This document shows positions 9,514 through 17,160 of a DNA stretch of 64,000 nt, one piece after another; position 1 is the stretch's first letter, and the number at the start of each line of letters is the position of its first letter. The stretch spans positions 25,254 through 89,253 of the forward strand of contig ONRP01000008.1 of the NCBI GenBank assembly GCA_900320245.1, written 5' to 3'. This stretch comes from an uncultured Prevotellaceae bacterium (GTDB lineage: Bacteria; Bacteroidota; Bacteroidia; Bacteroidales; Muribaculaceae). A model generated the notes under the pieces. That model did not search any database. It had not been told where the DNA came from and worked only from the letters and a program-made list of their open reading frames with translations. The translations under genes and the position numbers were made by a program.

Positions 9514-10665
9514 ATGATGAAACCAAGACTGTTGCTCATCGCCCTGCTGTTTGCCCTTTGCGCATCACAGGCAGGAGCCCGTGCGCCCAAAGTGGAGAAA
9601 ACCCCGGCGCAAAAGTTGATTGAGCGCCTCGCCAAACTGCAAAAACGCGGCATCATGTACGGCCATCAGGACGACCCCTTCTATGGTATCACTTGGGAGT
9701 GGGAGCAGGGACGTTCCGACACCTATGACCTGGTCGGCGACTACCCTGGTGTGATGGGCTTTGACTTGGGCGGCATCGAGATGGGCGACGACAAGAACCT
9801 GGATTCGGTACCGTTCAATTGGATTCGTGAGGAAATCATCAAGCAATATGAGCGTGGCGGCATCGTGACGCTGTCATGGCATCCGCGCAATCCCATGTTG
9901 GGCACCACCGCTTGGATCGAGAGCGACATCCAGGCGTTTGAGGCGGCAAAGCCTTATCTTGAGAAAACCGGCCAACTCGGTCTTGTCCTCAATCCCAAGA
10001 GCACGGTAAAGGAGATTCTGCCCGGTGGCAAGGGCCACAGCAAGTTCATGACTTGGCTCAAACGTGTCGAGGCATTCCTCCTCTCGCTAACCGACAAGGA
10101 TGGCAAGCCTGTTCCTGTTATCTTCCGTCCCTGGCATGAGTACAACGGCGGCTGGTTCTGGTGGGGCAAAGGCAATTGCACCGACCAGGATTTCCTGCGC
10201 TTGTGGAATCTCACCCAGGATTATCTCAACAAGAGCCTGTCCGCGTCCATCGTGTGGAGTTGCTCGCCCAACCTGGGTGTCAATCCGCAGGAATTCTATA
10301 ACCGTTGGCCTGGTGACGAGCGTGTTGATTTGTTAGGTCTTGACGCCTATCAGTGGGGTACCGAAGAAGATTTTGTCAAGCAGTGCAACGCCGATATGGA
10401 CTTCCTGGACGCCTATGCCCAAGAGCATGGCCTGCTGCTGGCATTCACCGAGTGCGGCTACAAGAATTCGCCCGATGCCACCTGGTGGAGCCGCGTGCTG
10501 CTGCCCATCATGGAGAAACACCATCCCTGCTATTTCCTGCCGTGGCGCAACTTCAAGCGTGAGCACTTTGGCGCAGCACCCGGCATCGCCACAGCCGATG
10601 ATTTCAAGCAAATGGCAAAGGCAAAGAAAATCCTCTTCGTCAAGGACATCAAGAAGGTGAAGTAA
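9514..10665 (+). CDS. GH26 endo-beta-1,4-mannanase, secreted
   Basis: WHEYNGGWFWWG motif. The signal peptide MMKPRLLLIALLFALCASQAGA starts at 9514. The listed ORF start at 9427 adds a non-signal extension. Confidence 0.85.
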   Translation: MMKPRLLLIALLFALCASQAGARAPKVEKTPAQKLIERLAKLQKRGIMYGHQDDPFYGITWEWEQGRSDTYDLVGDYPGVMGFDLGGIEMGDDKNLDSVPFNWIREEIIKQYERGGIVTLSWHPRNPMLGTTAWIESDIQAFEAAKPYLEKTGQLGLVLNPKSTVKEILPGGKGHSKFMTWLKRVEAFLLSLTDKDGKPVPVIFRPWHEYNGGWFWWGKGNCTDQDFLRLWNLTQDYLNKSLSASIVWSCSPNLGVNPQEFYNRWPGDERVDLLGLDAYQWGTEEDFVKQCNADMDFLDAYAQEHGLLLAFTECGYKNSPDATWWSRVLLPIMEKHHPCYFLPWRNFKREHFGAAPGIATADDFKQMAKAKKILFVKDIKKVK

Positions 10666-10670
10666 TCCAA

Positions 10671-10710
10671 CAGTTAATAGATAATAGTTAATAGATAATA
10701 GTTAATAGAT
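10671..10710. repeat. tandem 14-mer AGTTAATAGATAAT (about 2.8 units)
   Basis: Read directly, immediately after the GH26 stop. Confidence 0.9.
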
Positions 10711-10745
10711 ATCCTTTATTCCATCACAAAGAAAGCCGGCAGGAC

Positions 10746-10791
10746 ACCCATCAAAAAGGTCTCCTGTCGGGTTTTATTTTTCATCATTAGG
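10746..10791 (+). terminator. putative intrinsic terminator of the mannan operon
   Basis: An imperfect 13-bp stem (ccggcaggacacc / ggtctcctgtcgg) is followed by gttttattttt. Confidence 0.55.
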
Positions 10792-10870
10792 GTGCACGGG
10801 GTGGAGCGCAGCGCAACCCCAGTCAATAGACATCCCAACCATCATCATTCACCCCCCGCTAAGGATGACA

Positions 10871-11093
10871 GATTTTCTCTTTTTTCTTTTTTTTCTTTGC
10901 GCGCACGTGTAGCCTCACGCTAAGTCGCTAAGTCGCTAAGATTTTTAAGCTAGCATCCGCGTTCTAGCTGTCGGCGAATTTTTCGAATTCACCAAATTGG
11001 CATCCGCGTCCCGATCAAACGGAGCGCGGATGTTCTTTAAACTCTAAACATTAAACTTTAAACTGCGAGCAACGCTCGCATCCCTGCGGATGC
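10871..11093. repeat. composite repeat: T/C-rich module, then CGCTAAG 8-mer block, then a multi-hairpin module (IR copy A = 10913-11093)
   Basis: 10913-11093 is the reverse complement of 16088-16268 (174/181 by hand alignment). 10871-10935 is the reverse complement of 17099-17160 at roughly 80%. Confidence 0.9.
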
Positions 11094-11096
11094 CCT

Positions 11097-11131
11097 CACT
11101 AATCACTAATCACTAATCACTAATCGCTAAT
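11097..11131. repeat. tandem heptamer array CACTAAT (5 units)
   Basis: Read directly. The stop codon of the 11120-11938 gene lies inside the array. Confidence 0.95.
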
Positions 11132-11938
11132 CTGCGAGCGCAGCGAGAGCAAATAGATGATCAGGTCCGTCACGTCGTTGATGTCGACACTGCCGTCACC
11201 GTTCACGTCGCCATACAGGGCGGAGTTCTTCGCGGTGAAGTAGCCCGGGTTGCTCATGCCACCGTCGATATGGGCAAAGGTCTTGTCATCTGGGCTGGCT
11301 TCGTTCCAGACCGTGCCCTGGCCGCCCTCAAGGCTTGGACAGCCAATGAACATTCCTGTGGAATTGGTCACGGCAGCGGTGCTCCAACCTTTGCCCACAT
11401 AAATGGTCGTCATTTTACTGTTACCACCAAACATGCCAGTCATATCAGTCACCTTGGACGTGTTGAAACTGCTCAAGTCAAGCTCCGTCAGTTCCCAGCA
11501 GGCGCCGAACATGGAATTCATATTGGTTACCTTAGATGTATTAAATTGGCTCACATCGAGGCTCGACAAGAATGTACAGTTGGCAAACATCGCAGTCATA
11601 TCGGTCACCTCGCTGGTGTTCAGGTATTCCATTCCGGTGATGGATATAAGATCACCCAAGTCAAAGAACCAACCGTAGGTGGTCGTCGGACGGGCATTAG
11701 CGAACGAGGGGTCAAATTCAACGTGATAGATGACCTTGCCCAACCAAGCGGGAAGGTAGGGGCCCGTGTTCAAGTCGAAGGTCGTGCCTGTGCGCGTGCT
11801 GCGCAGGTTGTCGTAGTAGAACGTCAGCGTCATGTACTGCCACGAATGGCAGGCGTAGGCCTCTTGGGCACTAGCGCCCAGTGAACACATCACGGCCGCC
11901 ACAAGGGCGACAAGTCTTAAAAGTAGTTTCTTGCTCAT
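11120..11938 (-). CDS. BspA-family (DUF285-type) leucine-rich-repeat surface protein with a single, truncated dockerin-like repeat
   Basis: Signal peptide, then repeated FNTSKVT.M..MF units. The C-terminus GDVNGDGSVDINDVTDLI is followed by residues encoded by a repeat module. Confidence 0.8.
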   Translation of the reverse strand: MSKKLLLRLVALVAAVMCSLGASAQEAYACHSWQYMTLTFYYDNLRSTRTGTTFDLNTGPYLPAWLGKVIYHVEFDPSFANARPTTTYGWFFDLGDLISITGMEYLNTSEVTDMTAMFANCTFLSSLDVSQFNTSKVTNMNSMFGACWELTELDLSSFNTSKVTDMTGMFGGNSKMTTIYVGKGWSTAAVTNSTGMFIGCPSLEGGQGTVWNEASPDDKTFAHIDGGMSNPGYFTAKNSALYGDVNGDGSVDINDVTDLIIYLLSLRSQISD

Positions 11939-12007
11939 AGTTATCAGGGTTTATTGGTTATGTATAATAAAGTTGGCGGTTTGGAGTATCTTGCGGGGGG
12001 CTGACCA

Positions 12008-12015
12008 CAAAGGTA
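12008..12015 (-). promoter_or_regulatory. putative Bacteroidota -7 box (TACCTTTG) for the 11120-11938 gene
   Basis: Matches TAnnTTTG on the minus strand, 70 nt upstream of the ATG. Confidence 0.4.
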
Positions 12016-12218
12016 ATCACTTTTTTCCAATTCTCATCATCGGTTTTCCCATTTCCCATACATCCACACAAAAAAAACGGCCGGCTGCGTGATTTTTGAT
12101 GTGGTACCTCCGGTTTCGGACGGATGAGCCATTTATTGAACAGCCCCTATTCGTTCATCCATTCATCCATTCGTGCGTGAGAAAGTGAAAACAAGCCAAG
12201 TTTACATCGCTTTCAACT

Positions 12219-12272
12219 GCTTTTTCCTTTTTTTCTTTTTTTTCTTTTTTTTCTACGCTTACGCGTGGAGAG
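12219..12272. repeat. T/C-rich module followed by an ACGC..ACGCGTGG motif (family also at 10871, 16456 and 17121)
   Basis: Direct comparison of the four copies. Confidence 0.7.
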
Positions 12273-12385
12273 AAATTCTTCTGATGGCATCCGCCCGCCT
12301 GTTTTTGAAAACAACAAATACAACAAATACTATTCCCTGCGGAACGATGCCATAATTAAAAACAACTCAAACAACCCCTGACAAC

Positions 12386-12771
12386 CCTCACGCTAAGCCG
12401 CCAAGCCGCTAAGATATTCTTGCGACCTGGCGGCTTGTTTGCTATAATTAACGAGAGTTCGACGAACCTTTAGCTCGGCGAAGCCAAATTATTGACTGTC
12501 AATCAGTGCGTTAGCAACTCCCCCTCTAAGATTAGAGGGGGTCGGGGGGCGTTGAAGTTCCAAGAGGAAGTGATTCGAGGGTAAATCATACTCCTCCGCC
12601 CTCTCCCCCTCCTCCGGCACTTCGTGCCACCTCCCCCCAGGCGGGGGAGGAGTTCCCTCTTAACCAAGAGGGGGAACTGAGTATCAGCACTTTATTTTGG
12701 CTTCGCTGAGTTATAATTTCGTCGAACTCAAGTTAATATAGGACTTAGCGGCTTAGCGCCTTAGCGTGAGG
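12386..12771. mobile_element. MITE-like 386-bp nested palindromic element with no ORF
   Basis: The 28-bp terminal inverted repeats cctcacgctaagccgccaagccgctaag / cttagcggcttagcgccttagcgtgagg match 26/28. An inner inverted repeat of about 50 bp and at least four internal G/C-rich hairpins are present. Confidence 0.6.
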
Positions 12772-12794
12772 TAAAGGAGCGCAGCGAGCATTAA

Positions 12795-12851
12795 CGCGGA
12801 TGCTTCATTAACCATTAAACATTAAACTTTAAACTGCGAGCGTCAGCGAGC
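12795..12851. repeat. partial copy of the multi-hairpin module (cattaaactttaaactgcgagc...)
   Basis: Aligns to 11030-11080 in the same orientation. It lies directly downstream of the 12856 stop codon. Confidence 0.75.
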
Positions 12852-12855
12852 ATAC

Positions 12856-15800
12856 TCACCACGTGCTGCTGAGCAGGTAGTTGATCAGGGCGGTCACGTC
12901 GCCGATGGCTACCTTGCCGTCCAGGTTGCAGTCGGCAGCAGGCGCTGAAGTGTTGCCCGAGAGCAGCAGGTTAATCAAGGCGGTCACGTCGTCAATCTTC
13001 ACTTGGCCGTCGCCGTTCACGTCGCCACGCAAGGCCGCGTTCTTGTCGGTGAAGTAGCCCGGGTTGCTCGTGCCGCCGTCTATGTGGGCGTAGGTCTTGT
13101 CCGTCGGGTTCGAGGAGCTATAGGTCGTGCCCTGGCCGCCCACGAGGCTGGTGCAGTTAAAGAACATATCACTCGAGGACGTCACGGCCGCCGTGCTCCA
13201 GCCACTGCCCACGTAGATGGTACGCAGATTAGTGCAGCCATAGAACATGTTGTACATATTGGTTACCTTGGACGTGTTGAAACTGCTAAAGTCAAGGCTC
13301 GTCAGTCCCCAGCAGGCACCGAACATGGAATTCATGTTAGTCACCTTGGACGTGTTGAAGTGGCTCAAATCAAGGCTCGTTAGTTTTTTATAAAACCATC
13401 CGTAGGTGGTCGTCGGGCGGGCGCCAGCGAACGAGGGGTCAAAGACCACCTTGGTCACATTGGATTTGGTGCCGTCGGTGTCCCAACCGGTATCGTTGGC
13501 GCCCTCGTTCAGGTCGTAGGTCGTGCCCGTGCGGCTGCTGCGCTGGTTGTCGTAGTAGAACGTCAGCGTCGTGTTCGACGACGTGTAGCAGGCATAGGCC
13601 TCTTTCCATTCGGTGAAGTAGCCCGGGTTGCTCGTGCCGCCGTCGATGTGGGCGTAGGTCTTATCCCAAGGGTTGGATTCATTGTAGGTCGTGCCCTGGC
13701 CGCCCACCAGGTTGGTGCAGTCCCTGAACATATCATTCGAGCTCGTCACGGCCGCAGTGCTCCAGCCACTGCCCACGTAAATGGTCCGCAGATTGCTGCA
13801 GTTAGAGAACATCCAGCCCATTTTGGTCACCTTGGACGTATTGAAACTGCTCAAGTCAAGACTCGTCAGGCTGCTGCATTTACAGAACATGGAATTCATA
13901 TCGGTCACCTTGGACGTGTTGAAGTGGCTCACATCAAGGCTTGTCAAGCTTGTGCACAACATGAACATATAGGCCATGTTGGTCACCTCGCTGGTGTTCA
14001 GGTACTCCATGCCCGTGATGGATTGAAGGTTCTGCATGTTAAAGAACCAATCGTAGGTGGTCGTCGGGCGGGCATTGGCAAACGACGGGTCAAAGACAAC
14101 CCGGGTCACATTGGCATTGGTGCCGTCGGTGTCCCAGTCGGTATCGTTGGCGCCCGTGTTCAGGTCGTAGGTCGTGCCCGTGCGGGAGCTGCGCTGGTTG
14201 TCGTAGTAGAACGTCAACGTCGTGTTCGACGGCGTGTAGCAGGCATAGGCCTCGGGGGCATAGGATGTGAAGCGGACATTGCTGATGGCGAAGTAGTCGC
14301 CTGTCGCATGGACGCTGCCGTCCTTGATGTAACTCCACGTGAGCGTGTGAGTGCCGTCGCCCAGTTCCACCGTGTAGGTCTCCCAGGCGTTGTCTCGGGC
14401 GCCATAGCGGAACTTCTCCACGCCATCGACCTTGAAGACGCAATAGTCATACGCTGTTGATGAGCCTTCACCCCAGGCCTTGAAATCGAACGACAGGCTG
14501 CCGGCACCCGTTACGGTGGCTGTCATGACCGATGAGGTGCTGTGGATGCCTGTGTTGCCCGACTGGGCACAGGTGCGGCCTGCGTTGGTCTTGACCAACC
14601 ATGGGTAATTGTCGGTCGATGGCGTGGAGAACGTGATGTCGGTGCCAGCGGCGTTGATGGCAGCAGACAGATACTGGTTGTAGGGCTTCTGGGTAGTGAA
14701 ATTATACCAGTGGTCATTGGTTGAAGTGTAGGTGTTGCCGTAGGCATCCTCGGGGATATAAAGCGTTGCGTTTTCATAGACCGAACTGAAAACATAATTG
14801 TTGTACAGGTCGGGCGCAACCCTGTTCAGGCTGATGATGTTCTTTATAGCGTTACAGTAGGAGAACGAGCCGGCATAGATATTGGTGAGATTAACGGGGA
14901 GCCAGACGGTTTCAAGCGCATAGCAACCGCGACATGTGCTGCCGTAGATCTTAGTCACGCCAGCAGGGAACATGATGGATTTGAGTGTGCTGCAGCTCGC
15001 GAAAGCGCCATCGGCGATATAAGTCACTCCGTTGGGGATGTCAATTTCGGTGAGCTTGGAACAGTACGTAAAGGCATAAGAGCCGATGGAATCTATCGTG
15101 GCAGGCAGGTTCACTTTCGTCAGGTTGCCACAATCCCTGAAGGCATAATCGCCGATGCCCATCACCGTGTAGTTACTATTGTTGTAAGTCACCGTCGCAG
15201 GGACAGTAACCGTGCCACTGTAGTTATTGTAATCTTCGTCCCGGTAGGTGACCTTCACTTGACTACCGCCCCTGAATTTATAGAAGATGCCGTCCTGATA
15301 GAAGTCATAGTTGTAGTCACCTGGGGCTTCCTGGATGTGGGCGAAGAGCCTCCAGCCCTCTGTGCCTTGATAGTTGGGGACGGCACCGCGGGGCACATAC
15401 AAAGTTGCGTTGTTGAGTACAGACTGGTCAAAATTATAGTAACCATCATGTTCAAGCCACATATCTGGACTAAACATCCAGCTAGTGATGGAAGTAAGAT
15501 TCGGACAATTCTGGAAGACATTAAGCGTATACCCATAAGTAAAGGGGTCATAAAACGAGCAATTTTTGCCCATCACAACCGACTGAAGTGCTGTGCAATT
15601 TTGAAAAGCACGTGAATTAATAAGGGTTACCGTATTTGGAATTGTCACACTGGTCAGGCTCGTACTTCCTCTGAACGCTTCCATGTCGATTTCCGTAACG
15701 GTATAGTATTTGTAAGTGCTGAGGTTCTGAACTCTTTCGGGGATGGTCACATTGCCGCTGTAAGAGTTTCCAGCATAGGTCTTGTAGGTGATTGTAACAG

Positions 15801-15924
15801 TGCTGTCCGTCAAGATGTTGTAGTAATAGCCTCTATACTCGAAGTCGTAGGCACTGGCGCCAAGGGCACACATCGCGGCCGTCACCAGGACGGCCAAACG
15901 GAGAAGTAATAATTTCTTTTTCAT
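12856..15924 (-). CDS. large BspA-family surface protein: N-terminal LRR_5-type repeats, a central beta-rich region, two DUF285 LRR modules and a C-terminal dockerin-like pair
   Basis: 1022 aa with signal peptide. The roughly 210-aa module EAYACYT..NPGYFT is duplicated. The C-terminus holds DVNGDGQVKIDD and DCNLDGKVAIGD calcium-loop-like repeats. Confidence 0.85.
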   Translation of the reverse strand: MKKKLLLLRLAVLVTAAMCALGASAYDFEYRGYYYNILTDSTVTITYKTYAGNSYSGNVTIPERVQNLSTYKYYTVTEIDMEAFRGSTSLTSVTIPNTVTLINSRAFQNCTALQSVVMGKNCSFYDPFTYGYTLNVFQNCPNLTSITSWMFSPDMWLEHDGYYNFDQSVLNNATLYVPRGAVPNYQGTEGWRLFAHIQEAPGDYNYDFYQDGIFYKFRGGSQVKVTYRDEDYNNYSGTVTVPATVTYNNSNYTVMGIGDYAFRDCGNLTKVNLPATIDSIGSYAFTYCSKLTEIDIPNGVTYIADGAFASCSTLKSIMFPAGVTKIYGSTCRGCYALETVWLPVNLTNIYAGSFSYCNAIKNIISLNRVAPDLYNNYVFSSVYENATLYIPEDAYGNTYTSTNDHWYNFTTQKPYNQYLSAAINAAGTDITFSTPSTDNYPWLVKTNAGRTCAQSGNTGIHSTSSVMTATVTGAGSLSFDFKAWGEGSSTAYDYCVFKVDGVEKFRYGARDNAWETYTVELGDGTHTLTWSYIKDGSVHATGDYFAISNVRFTSYAPEAYACYTPSNTTLTFYYDNQRSSRTGTTYDLNTGANDTDWDTDGTNANVTRVVFDPSFANARPTTTYDWFFNMQNLQSITGMEYLNTSEVTNMAYMFMLCTSLTSLDVSHFNTSKVTDMNSMFCKCSSLTSLDLSSFNTSKVTKMGWMFSNCSNLRTIYVGSGWSTAAVTSSNDMFRDCTNLVGGQGTTYNESNPWDKTYAHIDGGTSNPGYFTEWKEAYACYTSSNTTLTFYYDNQRSSRTGTTYDLNEGANDTGWDTDGTKSNVTKVVFDPSFAGARPTTTYGWFYKKLTSLDLSHFNTSKVTNMNSMFGACWGLTSLDFSSFNTSKVTNMYNMFYGCTNLRTIYVGSGWSTAAVTSSSDMFFNCTSLVGGQGTTYSSSNPTDKTYAHIDGGTSNPGYFTDKNAALRGDVNGDGQVKIDDVTALINLLLSGNTSAPAADCNLDGKVAIGDVTALINYLLSSTW

Positions 15925-15956
15925 AGCAATATTGTATTAAAAGTTAATATCTGCCG

Positions 15957-15964
15957 CAAATATA
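15957..15964 (-). promoter_or_regulatory. putative -7 box (TATATTTG) for the 12856-15924 gene
   Basis: Matches TAnnTTTG on the minus strand, about 33 nt upstream of the ATG. Confidence 0.45.
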
Positions 15965-16087
15965 GTGTTTTTTCAATAAAAAAGCAAAGAAAATGAGATT
16001 TTTTATTAGGCGTTAGGGGGTGATGCGAGCGTTGCTCGCTGAACGGCTAACGCCGTGGAGAATGGATAAAGGAGAATGGAGAATGAA

Positions 16088-16268
16088 GCATCCACAGGGA
16101 TGCGAGCGTTGCTCGCAGTTTAAAGTTTAATGTTTAGAGTTTAAAGAACATCCGCGCTCCGTTTGATCGGGACGCGGATGCCAATTTGGTTAATTCGTAT
16201 AATTCGCCGACAGCTAGAACGCGGATGCTAGCTTAAAAATCTTTGCGCCTTAGCGGCTTAGCGTGAGG
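16088..16268. repeat. IR copy B (reverse complement of 10913-11093)
   Basis: Hand alignment gives 7 mismatches in 181 nt. Confidence 0.9.
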
Positions 16269-16311
16269 TTTTTAAAGGTTCGCAGATAGTAAAACAATGG
16301 ATATCAGATGA

Positions 16312-16395
16312 ATTGGGATTTTTCTAATTTTCTTTTTTTTCTACTTAATATGTATTATAGAAAAAATAGAAAAATAGAAATTTGGTCATCCCAAT
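16312..16395. repeat. 84-bp palindromic element
   Basis: The outer pair is attgggat / atcccaat. The inner pair is tttctaattttcttttttttct / agaaaaaatagaaaaatagaaa. Confidence 0.7.
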
Positions 16396-16455
16396 AGTTT
16401 TGACCAATATTTTCTATATAGAGTACTCAACTAAGACAGATAGATAATTCTAAAA

Positions 16456-16493
16456 TTCTTTTTTTTCTTTTTTTTCTACGCACGCGTGTGGAA
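16456..16493. repeat. T/C-rich plus ACGCACGCGTGTGG module copy
   Basis: Aligns to 10871-10912 and 12219-12272. Confidence 0.7.
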
Positions 16494-16552
16494 AGAAAAA
16501 TCTGGATTATTCCCATATATCAAACGAAAAGCAATCACCCATCAGTGCGTAC

Positions 16553-16706
16553 GCACGGACGAACGGATGAACGAATGAAAACTGTTGTTGAGATAGAGAT
16601 CATATATGATTAGAATAGGTTTGTGTCAAAACTTGCGATGACACAACCTTTCTGTCCGTTCATCCGTTCGTTCATATTTATATATAATAGCGAACGAACG
16701 GATGAA
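16553..16706. repeat. three copies of GAACGGATGAACGAA in +, - and + orientation, forming nested hairpins
   Basis: Read directly at 16557-16579, 16653-16675 and 16691-16706. A related ttcgttcatccattcatcc is at about 12150. Confidence 0.75.
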
Positions 16707-16804
16707 TCTGTGAAGCTGATTATATTGCTGTCCTGCAAGAATCGTTTAAGACGAAGCCGGCAGGGACACTAGTTCATGCGGATGAAACACCCGGAGGGTG
16801 TCAT

Positions 16805-17031
16805 TTGAGTAACCGAGGGTACCTGCTAACGAAACGAGTGTAGCGAGTGAAGTGGCAGGCACCCCCGGTGCCGCAATCCCTAGATCTCGTCGCTGGAGGC
16901 GACCCCATTACCCATAATATCATCAAGGGGGTCGCCTTCAGCGACATTCTGTTGTATGGACTTACCCGTGGTGATGCTGACTCACTCGCTACGCTCGATT
17001 GCCAGCATTACCACGGGTTACTCAAATGCTC
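16805..17031. other. roughly 230-bp nested imperfect palindrome (structured RNA or MITE-like element), function unknown
   Basis: Paired arms are ttgagtaacc / gggttactcaa, gagtgtagcgagtga / tcactcgctacgctc, and gtcgctggaggcgacccc / gggggtcgccttcagcgac, plus the local hairpin ggcacc..ggtgcc. Confidence 0.5.
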
Positions 17032-17098
17032 GCCCATCGGGCGAGATTAGCGTGGCAAATAATCATTTTGTTCAATTTTTTGCGAGCAATAACTTCAA

Positions 17099-17160
17099 GG
17101 CTTAGCGGCTTAGCGTGAGGCCACGTGCACACAAAGAAAAATGAGAAAAAATGGAAAATC
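17099..17160. repeat. inverted copy of the T/C-rich plus CGCTAAG module (partner of 10871-10935)
   Basis: Its reverse complement aligns to 10871-10935 at roughly 80% by eye. Confidence 0.75.

Noticed and set aside
12173-12355. A 60-aa ORF with a poly-Phe run.
   Set aside because: It is the translation of the T/C-rich repeat module (12219-12272), which recurs non-coding at three other sites.
10913-16268. The inverted-repeat pair acting as a simple invertible promoter (fimS/Bacteroides fin-type ON/OFF switch).
   Set aside because: The putative promoters of both enclosed genes (12008-12015 and 15957-15964) lie inside the inverted repeats together with the genes. Inversion would therefore not uncouple promoter from gene. 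The 181-bp repeats are far longer than typical invertase sites, and no invertase gene is nearby. Inversion or mobility of the whole block remains possible and is reported as a finding.
16847-17050. A 67-aa ORF in the gene-free region upstream of GH2.
   Set aside because: It lies inside the nested palindrome. Its sequence is dictated by the paired arms. It has no promoter box or family resemblance.
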